A stretch of DNA of 64,000 nucleotides from a bacterium (GCA_021777565.1 JAJYDJ010000004.1:34077-98076), one strand, 5' to 3'; counted from the first letter of the stretch, positions 18,123-27,247 are shown. The notes: generated by a model not told the origin, from the letters alone. Program-made: numbers and translations.

Positions 18123-19097
18123 TTAAGGGTGCAATTTCCCAGGATTTCTTGGAAACAAAATCGAATCTTCAACTGAATTAAGTTTAAGTAATTTACATAT
18201 AAAACGATCAATCCCCAAACAAAATCCTGCGTGATCTGGTGCACCAAGTCTAAATATGTCTAAAAAATCATCATAATCATGAACATTAAGTTTTTTTTCT
18301 ATAATTCTTCGAGTTAAAATATCTATATTTGTTTCCCGTTGTGCTCCTGATGCAATTTCCCAACCATCGAAAATAAGATCAAATGTTGCCGTATATTTAT
18401 CGTCTTTTTTCAATTTAGTATAGAATTTTTTTACAACAGATGGATATTGAGTAACAAAGAAGATGTTTACACCTTGTGAACTCATAATCTCACCCAATTT
18501 CTTTTCCCTTTCATAGCCTGGATCTTCACCCCATGTTATGTCAATATTGTGTTCTTGTAAAATTCTTATGGCTTCATCATATGTTAAACGTAATAGAGGG
18601 TAAGTGATATTTAAGGGTTTTATTATCTTATGATATTTTTCTACTGTTGCTGTTAACACATAATTTATAATATCTTCGAGAATAACCATTATTTCATTTT
18701 CATCTTGAATATATGCTATTTCTACATCTAATCCCCAAGATTCCACAGAATGACGAGGAGTAACAATCTCATTGTCTCTCCAAAACTGTGCAAGACTATA
18801 AATTTTAGAAAAACCCGCTGCCATTAGCATCTGTTTATGTAATTGTACTGATTGAATTAGATATGAATCCTGACCATAGTAATTTAATTTAAATAGTTCT
18901 TTAGTAGGATCTTTTACTGGATCTGTTGGGACAGAAACTATACTAGGCAAGTGAACTTCTAGAAAGTCTCTCTGATATAAAAATTGTCGTACTTTTTGGA
19001 AAACATATGATCTTATCTCAAAGGTTGTCCTTTGCTTAGGCAAAGACAAATATCGAAGTCTTTCAATAGTTGTTGAATTATAAGTTTTATTTGTCAT
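18123..19097 (-). CDS. standalone class IIb aaRS catalytic-core paralog, AspRS lineage, no anticodon-binding domain
   Basis: 324 aa. Motif 1 FLEVHLPSIV, AspRS-type QSVQLHKQMLMAAGF...FWRDNE, motif 3 GAPDHAGFCLGIDRF. Lacks the N-terminal OB fold. Clearly paralogous to the C-terminal half of the 23597..25597 product (KKFYTK...FDLIFDGWEIASGAQRETN vs KKFYTK...FDVIICGWEFVSGAVRETN). Confidence 0.7.
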   Translation of the reverse strand: MTNKTYNSTTIERLRYLSLPKQRTTFEIRSYVFQKVRQFLYQRDFLEVHLPSIVSVPTDPVKDPTKELFKLNYYGQDSYLIQSVQLHKQMLMAAGFSKIYSLAQFWRDNEIVTPRHSVESWGLDVEIAYIQDENEIMVILEDIINYVLTATVEKYHKIIKPLNITYPLLRLTYDEAIRILQEHNIDITWGEDPGYEREKKLGEIMSSQGVNIFFVTQYPSVVKKFYTKLKKDDKYTATFDLIFDGWEIASGAQRETNIDILTRRIIEKKLNVHDYDDFLDIFRLGAPDHAGFCLGIDRFICKLLKLNSVEDSILFPRNPGKLHP

Positions 19098-19147
19098 ATT
19101 GAATGAGGTCTTGTTCGGTAACTATTGGTTTATATGTTATATGCACT

Positions 19148-19190
19148 ATACCATAGTTATGGTAATATACCATTTGTACTTTTGTAGTAC
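19148..19190. promoter_or_regulatory. overlapping palindromes in a divergent promoter region (candidate operator)
   Basis: ACCATAGTTATGGT, ATGGTAATATACCAT and GTACTTTTGTAGTAC inverted repeats. They lie between the divergently transcribed 18123..19097 (-) and 19229..20263 (+) genes. Confidence 0.35.
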
Positions 19191-19228
19191 AAATGCTGAC
19201 GATAAATAATCCAGTAATATCATAAGTC

Positions 19229-20263
19229 ATGGAGACACATGTACCCAAAAAGAAAAACGAGATGTATATCTTTGTTATCGTTCCCGCCCTTAATGAAGAA
19301 ACGGAATTGCCAAAATTCTTCGATTCATTACGAGAACAAAAAACAGATTTTTCTTTCTCAGTTGTTATTATAGATAATAATAGTACAGATAATACTGCTG
19401 CTGTTGCTCGTTCTTACAGCGCTACTGTTATTTCCTGTAAAGAACAAGGTATCGGTCCTGCACGGGCTACAGGAGTGAATTATGTACTTGAAAAGTTTCA
19501 AGAAGATTGTGCTAACTTGCTCATTGTTCAACTCGATGCTGATGAAGTTCTTGATCCAGGATATATACAAGCAGTAGGGGAAGCATTTATTGCAAATCCA
19601 CATCTCATGGTATCTGTCGGCCCAACTATTTATACATTTATGTCAGATACCGAGAAAAAAATTATCTCTACAGGGAAAGAATTTCGCAATACATTCCAAA
19701 TCGAAGAAATGAAAGATCTTTTTTCTAGGCATAGCAGAGATATCGCAGATTATATTATCACACCAAGGTGTAGACATCTTATTGGTGGCAATACTGCATA
19801 TCGTGCAAGTGTCTTTTCTCTTCCTCATGTTGGATATTCGCAAGGAAACGGATGGGAATCGGTAGTTATCTCTGTCCGCCTTCACCAAGTGATTAGTGAC
19901 GACGGATTTGGCTTTGTTCCAGAACAAAAAGTTTATACGTCCGCACGCGCATACAGCGATGAGGAAGGGATTATAACAAAAGAAAAGATTGAACATATTA
20001 AAAAGCTCGGATACATTCCTCCATTTAAGCTTCACCAAGCGATTTCCCCTGCTGAAACAGCAAAGAATCTTATTCATGAGATTGAAAAGGAATTATACCA
20101 ACTTGCAGAAGATGAATATGTCTCAGAAATTATTTACTACACAGAAGGGACTCATCCTCCTGATGAGGTTACGGAAAAGCGTCTATTGCCTGCTCTTCAT
20201 GCAGCGACAAAGCAAGAAATTTCAAATAAATTTGTGGTTATTGGAAAGAGAAAATTCTCCTAA
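19229..20263 (+). CDS. family 2 glycosyltransferase (GT-A fold) with C-terminal extension
   Basis: 344 aa. N-terminal IFVIVPALNEE...SVVIIDNNSTDNTAAVA and DAD (a DxD motif). Confidence 0.7.
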   Translation: METHVPKKKNEMYIFVIVPALNEETELPKFFDSLREQKTDFSFSVVIIDNNSTDNTAAVARSYSATVISCKEQGIGPARATGVNYVLEKFQEDCANLLIVQLDADEVLDPGYIQAVGEAFIANPHLMVSVGPTIYTFMSDTEKKIISTGKEFRNTFQIEEMKDLFSRHSRDIADYIITPRCRHLIGGNTAYRASVFSLPHVGYSQGNGWESVVISVRLHQVISDDGFGFVPEQKVYTSARAYSDEEGIITKEKIEHIKKLGYIPPFKLHQAISPAETAKNLIHEIEKELYQLAEDEYVSEIIYYTEGTHPPDEVTEKRLLPALHAATKQEISNKFVVIGKRKFS

Positions 20264-21105
20264 AGAGATAAACCTTCGTACTGAGCAAACTCTTCTTCAG
20301 CAAGCTTTCTTGCTTCCTTAGGATCAGATAGAGAAGTGGAGGTAAAATATTCTGTCAAAATGGTGAGGCATCTCCCCTTGTTAAAAAACGGTGTTTCAAT
20401 TAAACGTGAAATATCTGAAATATCATGAGTCCTTATTGTTTCTCCTTTCTTTCTGTACGTTGGTACTAGTCGTATTTTAGCAGCAGCAATTTCTTCAGGA
20501 ATTGGTACTTCAAGAGTAATTTTCTCTCCATTTGCATTGTGTATATATCCTTGAGTAATTTCCATAGTAAATACTTTTCCATTTTTCCCAATAAGCTCTA
20601 CTTTATTTTTATATCTCTGTGGATTTGGGCTTCTATATACATGAATGTTTAATTGCCTTGGTAAGTCTGGAAAATCAGGATCGTTTGCACGGAGCCAGAA
20701 CCAATGAGGAGATGTGGGAAGACTGTACCAGCTGAAAGATGTTTGTGCATTGAGATAGGTCAATATTTTTTCTAAAACTTCATTCTCTTCCTCGTACATT
20801 GGAATAACTAAAGCAATGTCTATATCATGATGAAATCGTGTTATTTTATGTGAAATAAGTGAGTCTACTGCATAGCCAAATTCAAGAAGTGTTCTTAGTG
20901 AAAACTTTGGGCAAAAACTTTTTAGAATCAAAGAAATTTTTATATCTTCATCTATTCTCAGGTTTTCTTTATAAATTTTTGAATTCAAGTTCATAGCGCA
21001 CTTGATATAGTTTAATATATTGATATTCAAAAACAAAGTATATAATATATGAAATATGTCTAGCCAAGAAGCTCCACAAAATAATACAGTCCCAAGCGCA
21101 GACAC
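20260..21105 (-). CDS. hypothetical protein, possible nucleotidyltransferase fold
   Basis: 281 aa. GYAVDSLISHKITRFHHDIDIAL loosely fits the hG[GS]x9-13DhDh pattern of minimal NTases. The true start may be the internal Met at ~20994, since the annotated N-terminus overlaps ORF 21056..21334. Confidence 0.35.
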   Translation of the reverse strand: MSALGTVLFCGASWLDIFHILYTLFLNINILNYIKCAMNLNSKIYKENLRIDEDIKISLILKSFCPKFSLRTLLEFGYAVDSLISHKITRFHHDIDIALVIPMYEEENEVLEKILTYLNAQTSFSWYSLPTSPHWFWLRANDPDFPDLPRQLNIHVYRSPNPQRYKNKVELIGKNGKVFTMEITQGYIHNANGEKITLEVPIPEEIAAAKIRLVPTYRKKGETIRTHDISDISRLIETPFFNKGRCLTILTEYFTSTSLSDPKEARKLAEEEFAQYEGLSL

Positions 21106-21334
21106 CCCTTCTTATGCAAGGCCTTTAGAAGGTGATGATCAATGGGTTATTGGGAGTTCTCATAGAAGATATAGCGAACTTTCTGATAATGAACGAGAGG
21201 CGTTAGCAAATCATACCCCAACATATTCTCCCCCCGCTGACGGAGAGGTTGTTTTAGGTAGTTCTCATACTGGAGTTCAACATGTAGATAGTACTTCTAC
21301 TAATAGTGCTGATAATACTAATACATCTAATTAG
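21056..21334 (+). CDS. small S/T/N-rich ORF with an internal duplicated motif (DDQWVIGSSH / DGEVVLGSSH)
   Basis: 92-aa low-complexity ORF. A TATAAT-like box lies just upstream. No signal peptide. Coding status is uncertain. Confidence 0.2.
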   Translation: MSSQEAPQNNTVPSADTPSYARPLEGDDQWVIGSSHRRYSELSDNEREALANHTPTYSPPADGEVVLGSSHTGVQHVDSTSTNSADNTNTSN

Positions 21335-21451
21335 TCGATTTACTATATTTTACTACTTTTTCTTTTACTGTTAGATTATTGTTTATATTATATAATTTTT
21401 TCTGAATACAAGCTAATTGCATTATGTAAGGAAAAAGCCTAGAATATCTTT

Positions 21452-22846
21452 ATGCTTGAGAGAGTATATATTAGTGATTTAAAGAATTATATTGGTCAAG
21501 ATGTTATTGTTGATGGTTGGGTTGATGTAAGGCGTGACCATGGTAAACTCATCTTCATAGATCTACGTGATAAATCAGAAAAAGTACAAATAGTATTTCT
21601 ACCTACTCACCAGGAAGCGCATGAAACTGCAAAGTCTATCCGTTCAGAATGGGTACTGAGAATAAAAGGAAAAGTGAATGCAAGATCGGAGAAACTTGTA
21701 AATAACAATGAATTTAATGGCACATTAGAAATTGAAGCATTGAGTGTTGAAGTATTGAATAAATCAGAAGCGCTTCCCATAGATATAAGCACAGATGGTC
21801 TTGAAATCAACGAAGAGAATCGACTTCGGTATAGATACCTTGACCTAAGAAGAAAACGTATGCAAAGAAATCTTCGCATACGCCATAAGATCATAAAGAA
21901 AATGAGAGATTATCTTGATGAACGTGATTTTATTGAAGTAGAGACTCCAATTTTGACAAAATCGACTCCCGAAGGTGCAAGGGACTATATTGTCCCTTCG
22001 AGACAATCTAAAGGAAAATTCTACGCACTACCACAATCACCACAACAATATAAACAACTATTGATGGTTGCTGGGATTGAAAAGTATTTTCAGATTGCGC
22101 GATGTTTTAGAGATGAAGATACCAGGTCAGATAGACAGCCAGAGTTCACACAAATGGATCTTGAAATGAGTTTCGTAACACAAGAAGAATTAATCAACTT
22201 GAATGAAGAGATGTTGATTCATATTGTGCAAACGCTTATACCAGAAAAAAAGATCCAACAAATTCCATTTCCTCGCATTACATATAAAGAGGCTATGGAG
22301 AAATATCATACGGATAGACCAGATATTAGAGAAAATAAAGATGATCCGAACCTTCTTGCGTTTTGCTGGGTTGTTGATTTTCCATTCTTCGAAAAAGCCG
22401 ATAATGGCAGTTGGACATTTACGCATAATCCTTTTTCTGCCCCTAAACCAGAATATATGAATGATTTGCTTATGAAAACAAATGTAGAGAATATTATAAC
22501 AACTCAGTATGATATTGTTTTGAATGGGTACGAAATCGGTGGTGGAAGTATTAGGAATCACAACCCAGAGGCATTAAAAGCTGTGTTTGAAATAATGGGA
22601 TACCCAGAAGATCAAATCTCAAAGAATTTTGGCCACATGTTGCAAGCGTTGTCATACGGTGCTCCACCACATGGAGGAATTGCTTGGGGATTAGATCGTT
22701 TCGTTACCCTCCTCTTAGGAGAAGACTCTATTAGAGAGGTTATTCCTTTTGCTAAAACAGGTGAAGGAAAAGATCTTATGATGAGTTCTCCCTCGGAAGT
22801 CTCTACTGCCCAGCTACAGGAGTTGAATATAAAAACTTTAAAATAA
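21452..22846 (+). CDS. aspS: aspartyl-tRNA synthetase, archaeal/eukaryal type (no GAD insertion), island copy
   Basis: 464 aa. N-terminal OB anticodon-binding domain (VIVDGWVDVRRDHGKLIFIDLRD), motif 1 FIEVETPILTKSTPEGARDYIVP, QSPQQYKQLLMVAG, motif 2 FRDEDTRSDRQPEFTQMD, motif 3 GAPPHGGIAWGLDRF. Confidence 0.85.
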   Translation: MLERVYISDLKNYIGQDVIVDGWVDVRRDHGKLIFIDLRDKSEKVQIVFLPTHQEAHETAKSIRSEWVLRIKGKVNARSEKLVNNNEFNGTLEIEALSVEVLNKSEALPIDISTDGLEINEENRLRYRYLDLRRKRMQRNLRIRHKIIKKMRDYLDERDFIEVETPILTKSTPEGARDYIVPSRQSKGKFYALPQSPQQYKQLLMVAGIEKYFQIARCFRDEDTRSDRQPEFTQMDLEMSFVTQEELINLNEEMLIHIVQTLIPEKKIQQIPFPRITYKEAMEKYHTDRPDIRENKDDPNLLAFCWVVDFPFFEKADNGSWTFTHNPFSAPKPEYMNDLLMKTNVENIITTQYDIVLNGYEIGGGSIRNHNPEALKAVFEIMGYPEDQISKNFGHMLQALSYGAPPHGGIAWGLDRFVTLLLGEDSIREVIPFAKTGEGKDLMMSSPSEVSTAQLQELNIKTLK

Positions 22847-22848
22847 AT

Positions 22849-23595
22849 ATGAAGACTGTACTTATTACTGGTGCGAGCAGTGGAATTGGAAAAGCATGTA
22901 GCGAAAAGTTTGCTTCTTCAGGATACCAGGTAGTAATGTGTGCGCGAAGAATAGATAAGTTACAAAGTATATGTCAGGAGTTCCCCGATAAACAGACCTG
23001 CATCTATCAAGTAGATGTTTGTAATAAAGAAAACGTTGAGTCTATGTTTGAAGATCTTAAGAAGAAAAAGATCACAATAGACATTGTTGTTAATTCTGCT
23101 GGATTAGCATTAGGATTAGATGATATACGGGATGCAAATACTTCAGACTGGGATAGTATGATTGATACGAATATCAAGGGTCTGTTATATACTACGCAAG
23201 AATTCTTGAAGCAAACGAACAAAGGACATGTGGTTAACGTAGGATCAATTGCTGGTATTTATGCGTACGCTAAAGGGACAGTATATGCTGCAACAAAATC
23301 GGCTGTGAAATTTATTAGCGATGGGTTACGTAAAGAATTGGTCAGCAATGACATTAAGATTACTAATATACAACCAGGTTTAGTAGAAACAAACTTTAGT
23401 AATGTGCGCTTCAATGGTGATAAGAAGCGAGCAAAAGATGTTTACAAAGGTATCCAGGCACTCACTGGAGATGATATTGCAAACATAGTATTTTATGTTG
23501 TGAATACACCAGAACATGTTCAAATTACTGAACTGACTGTTATGCCCCTACATCAAGCTTCTGTAGATACAGTATATCGTTCTCAAGATCAATAA
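22849..23595 (+). CDS. SDR-family NAD(P)-dependent oxidoreductase (YdfG / serine-dehydrogenase-like)
   Basis: 248 aa. TGASSGIGKA (TGxxxGIG), NSAG, catalytic YAATKSAV (YxxxK). It starts 3 nt after the AspRS stop and ends 2 nt before the next gene. Confidence 0.85.
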   Translation: MKTVLITGASSGIGKACSEKFASSGYQVVMCARRIDKLQSICQEFPDKQTCIYQVDVCNKENVESMFEDLKKKKITIDIVVNSAGLALGLDDIRDANTSDWDSMIDTNIKGLLYTTQEFLKQTNKGHVVNVGSIAGIYAYAKGTVYAATKSAVKFISDGLRKELVSNDIKITNIQPGLVETNFSNVRFNGDKKRAKDVYKGIQALTGDDIANIVFYVVNTPEHVQITELTVMPLHQASVDTVYRSQDQ

Positions 23596-23596
23596 T

Positions 23597-25597
23597 ATGT
23601 TGATTAAAGTTACATGCGCATCAATAAACCTTCAAAAGCTTAATGAAGATGCAATGGAGATGCTCTCAAATGCATCTTTAGCGAATGATGCAAGTACCAT
23701 AGCGAAAATAAAGGATGAACTTGGCTTTCCTGTCGAGCAACTTGCAGTTATTGAGAAGTGCAATGCTGTAATGATTGTTATTGCATATTATGGTGAATAT
23801 TTGGAGAACTACATTCATAGTAGACTATTGGACACATGGGATAAATTATCTCATGGCGGTGTTATAAACTCAGTGAGGCATATAAAGTTTTTTGACAATA
23901 GGGATGCAATCCACTACTTAGGAGAATGTGTGCTTGGATTGCACAGTGTAACTCTAGGAGATTCTCAGGTACTTGCTCAGGTAACCAGCGCTTTACAAGT
24001 GGCAGCACAAATTCAACCCAGTAATCCTACATTTTCATTTATGGCAAACTGGTTTAAAGATTTATCGAGTGAAGTAAAGTTACGTACATCACTTTTTGAT
24101 GGAAATATTTCGCTCGAAAGGATAGCAACTGATTTTATCGCTGAGCATATACAAAAGGACGGAAAAGTCACTATTGTTGGGTACGGTAGGTCAGGCAAGC
24201 TTGTCTCAAAAATTCTATCGGAGGAATTACACTACAATATACAAATTGCTAATCGGACACCGAACATACTTAAACACCTATCACCTAAGAGCGGCGTTAT
24301 TCCCGTTAGTTTCCAAGATTACAATAAAATTCTTGATGTAGATTGTGTAGTTATTGCGCTTTCTTCAAATGGAGAAACACAAAAATACTGTTCAGAGATG
24401 CTTTTAATTTGCGATGAATTAAAAAAGAAACCAAAACTATTTATTGATCTCGCAACTCCTCCATTAATGAGTAAAAATACTGTTCCTTATCTTATCAATA
24501 TCGAAGACTTATCTACAGTTGCACATAAAAATCTTGATAAACGCATTTCTGAAGTTGCGAAGGCAAGAGATATTGTTAATAAGTCAAGTAACACGTTTAT
24601 CGAAACGCTTAATAAAGAGATAAGTGCATTATTGCTTGATGAACAGAGAGAAAAAGTAAATTGCAAAATAGATCCTGTCAAGCTTGAATTGTTTAAATTT
24701 AGAAATGATGTGTATAAGTTCATCAGAGATTATCTTGATAAACTAGATTTTGTTGAGGTGAATACACCTTGTATTGTAGGTGTATCGACGGACCCACCAA
24801 AGGTTGATAAAGGAGGAACTCTTGATGTCTCTTGGCCTGGTGGGAATAATGCATTCCTCCGTCAATCAAACCAGCTCTATAAGCAGATGATTGTTGCTTC
24901 GGGTTTACCAAAAATTTATGAAATTGGACCATTCTGGCGCGCAGAGACAACTCCGTCTTATCGTCATTTACAAGAATCAATCGGCCTTGATGTAGAATAC
25001 AGCAATCCTAAAAATTTGGAAGAAGTTTATAGGCTTGCTTATGAAATAATTCTTGAAGTAAAAAATCACATTTTCAAACATCATGATATTAAGCGAAAAA
25101 ATCTACTCCTTCCTCGCTTTGATTCATTACCTATCTTCACGTATGAGGAGGCTGTAAAACTGTTGAATTCAAAGGGATACGCATTGGCGTTTGGAGAGGA
25201 TATTGGATTAATGGGTGAGGCGAAATTAGGACAGATTGTTCGACGAGAATACAATAGTGATGCACTTATTATCAAAGATTACCCTGACACAATCAAGAAG
25301 TTTTATACCAAGAAAAGCAAAGGTGGGCTAACTGAAACTTTTGATGTTATTATCTGTGGATGGGAATTTGTGAGTGGGGCAGTAAGAGAAACTAATAGAG
25401 ATCTTATTGAAAAATCAATGAAGTTATCGGGGATCAATATTCGCAACTACAATTTCTATCTTTCTATCGTAGATGGTGCAGTCCCGCACGGAGGATTCTG
25501 TCTTGGATTGGATCGACTTGTGGCAAAACTCCTTGACCATGAGATGATTACTGATGCCGTAGTCTTCCCACGATCATTTAAGACACTTATTCCGTAA
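23597..25597 (+). CDS. fusion protein: N-terminal glutamyl-tRNA reductase (HemA)-like catalytic + NADPH-binding domains, C-terminal AspRS-lineage class II catalytic core
   Basis: 666 aa. N-terminal blocks line up with GluTR: EKCNAVMIV (cf. TCNRxE, the catalytic Cys), HYLGECVLGLHSVTLGDSQVLAQV (cf. HLxRVASGLDSxVLGExQILGQV), VTIVGYGRSGKLV...IQIANRT (cf. VLVIGAGEMG...IANRT), LFIDLATPP (cf. LVDIAVPRD). The C-terminal ~300 aa has aaRS motif 1 FVEVNTPCIV, QSNQLYKQMIVASGL, FWRAETT and motif 3 GAVPHGGFCLGLDRL. No OB anticodon-binding domain. Confidence 0.7.
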   Translation: MLIKVTCASINLQKLNEDAMEMLSNASLANDASTIAKIKDELGFPVEQLAVIEKCNAVMIVIAYYGEYLENYIHSRLLDTWDKLSHGGVINSVRHIKFFDNRDAIHYLGECVLGLHSVTLGDSQVLAQVTSALQVAAQIQPSNPTFSFMANWFKDLSSEVKLRTSLFDGNISLERIATDFIAEHIQKDGKVTIVGYGRSGKLVSKILSEELHYNIQIANRTPNILKHLSPKSGVIPVSFQDYNKILDVDCVVIALSSNGETQKYCSEMLLICDELKKKPKLFIDLATPPLMSKNTVPYLINIEDLSTVAHKNLDKRISEVAKARDIVNKSSNTFIETLNKEISALLLDEQREKVNCKIDPVKLELFKFRNDVYKFIRDYLDKLDFVEVNTPCIVGVSTDPPKVDKGGTLDVSWPGGNNAFLRQSNQLYKQMIVASGLPKIYEIGPFWRAETTPSYRHLQESIGLDVEYSNPKNLEEVYRLAYEIILEVKNHIFKHHDIKRKNLLLPRFDSLPIFTYEEAVKLLNSKGYALAFGEDIGLMGEAKLGQIVRREYNSDALIIKDYPDTIKKFYTKKSKGGLTETFDVIICGWEFVSGAVRETNRDLIEKSMKLSGINIRNYNFYLSIVDGAVPHGGFCLGLDRLVAKLLDHEMITDAVVFPRSFKTLIP

Positions 25598-25606
25598 TCA
25601 TATACT

Positions 25607-26596
25607 ATGCAACAAATAATTATTGATGCACATACTCATGCTGCGGGTGTCGACTTTTACAATCTTTTTATCCCCCGCAAGCCACTTGTACAAAGTACCA
25701 GAGACTTAATTTTAAAGATGGACTTATATGGCATAGACTACTCAATAGTTATGCCTATGCCATTTGCAATGTATTATGATCCTAGGAAAGTTAGTCAGGG
25801 AGAGTGGGCTCTCAGTGGTCTAGAAGAATTTCCTTATCAAGTATTGAATACCACATTACTTTATGAGTCTCAGGAATATTCCGATCGGCTATTTCCCTTT
25901 ATGGCAATAGATCCTCGTACAAAAGTCGAGGAGCAAATACAATTTCTTACACAACAAGTCGAGAGAAAAAAGATCTATGGTCTTAAGTTACATACATTAG
26001 CAACTAATTCTTCTGCAACTGTGTTGAGTGATAGTTTATTTGCTAAATTCATGAAAAAATATAACTTACCGATTATTATACATGCGGGAAGAGATACAAC
26101 AACATCGCCTATTCATGTCTTGAACTTTGCAAAACAAAACCCAGAAATTCGAGTATGTATCGCACATCTTGCAGGTTTTGACAATTCTGTACTTAAGCAG
26201 TCACTTGAGATTAAAAATGTTTTCTTTGATACTTCACCTTTTTTATCTCATTGTAAATTTGCTGTAGATGATATATCGTCCTATGTCTCATCGGATCGAT
26301 TTAATACGAACTATGATGATCCTGTAAATGCACTTCTAGAACTTTCTACCTATCTTAAATCGAAACTTCTATGGGGATCAGATGAGCCATGGACAAGTGT
26401 AAGCAATCCAAAAGGGGCAGCATTATCTTCATTTTCATATAAAGATGAATGTAGTATTCTAAATCAACTAAACTCTATGAACCATGAAAACACAGTGAAT
26501 GAAATTGCATATACTAATTCACTTAGATTTCTTTATGGTGATGCTTCCCTTAGGCTTACTAAAAAAGCTAATAAGCATCATAAGAATGATCACTGA
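25607..26596 (+). CDS. metal-dependent TIM-barrel hydrolase (amidohydrolase-2-like)
   Basis: 329 aa. N-terminal IIIDAHTHAAGVD (HxH metal ligands), later His/Asp residues (IIIHAGRD, IAHLAG, WGSDEPW). Confidence 0.55.
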   Translation: MQQIIIDAHTHAAGVDFYNLFIPRKPLVQSTRDLILKMDLYGIDYSIVMPMPFAMYYDPRKVSQGEWALSGLEEFPYQVLNTTLLYESQEYSDRLFPFMAIDPRTKVEEQIQFLTQQVERKKIYGLKLHTLATNSSATVLSDSLFAKFMKKYNLPIIIHAGRDTTTSPIHVLNFAKQNPEIRVCIAHLAGFDNSVLKQSLEIKNVFFDTSPFLSHCKFAVDDISSYVSSDRFNTNYDDPVNALLELSTYLKSKLLWGSDEPWTSVSNPKGAALSSFSYKDECSILNQLNSMNHENTVNEIAYTNSLRFLYGDASLRLTKKANKHHKNDH

Positions 26597-26681
26597 ATCT
26601 CCCTCAAACTTTGCTGCACTCAATTCTGGGGCATCTGTACTAAAAAGATTCTTTCTGTCATAGAAATGGTATACTCACTGT

Positions 26682-27218
26682 ATGCAAACACTTCAGAGAT
26701 ATCGGATACAGATCACTGGTCCTTCAGGAAGTGGGAAGTCATATTTTGCTAAACAGCTAGAAAAAATGGGGTATCCTGCTATTGATGCAGATAATGTTAA
26801 CAAATTGGGGATGTGGGTAAACAGTCAAGGCGAAATAGTAGAATACAATCACGATGGTGACCTACAGTGGTTGCAAGAACATAAGTGGGTGTGGGATATA
26901 AAATTTCTTCTTGAATATCTACATACAAAACAAAAAGTTATTTTATTTGGCGGTGCATCAAATGAACATGAAACAGCAAATGAGTTTGATTATGTCTTCT
27001 ATTTAAAACTGCTAAAGGATGAAATTTTACAAAACCTCTTGAGAGAAGAAAGAACAAATCCATATGGTAAGACTGATATACAGCAAATATATGCTTCTTC
27101 AAAAATTGATCTATTTTATCAGAACATTCCTCACGAATGGACTCGACTTGTGTCGCGTAATCCAAAAGATTTGATTTCTGAGATAGAAGAGTATTTACAA
27201 GCAAAAATTTTATTATGA
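26682..27218 (+). CDS. P-loop NTPase, small-molecule/nucleoside kinase-like
   Basis: 178 aa. Walker A ITGPSGSGKSYFAKQL at the N-terminus. Size and layout resemble small kinases. Confidence 0.5.
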   Translation: MQTLQRYRIQITGPSGSGKSYFAKQLEKMGYPAIDADNVNKLGMWVNSQGEIVEYNHDGDLQWLQEHKWVWDIKFLLEYLHTKQKVILFGGASNEHETANEFDYVFYLKLLKDEILQNLLREERTNPYGKTDIQQIYASSKIDLFYQNIPHEWTRLVSRNPKDLISEIEEYLQAKILL

Positions 27219-27247
27219 TCTTGTAAGGATCAGTTGTTTATTTTTAT

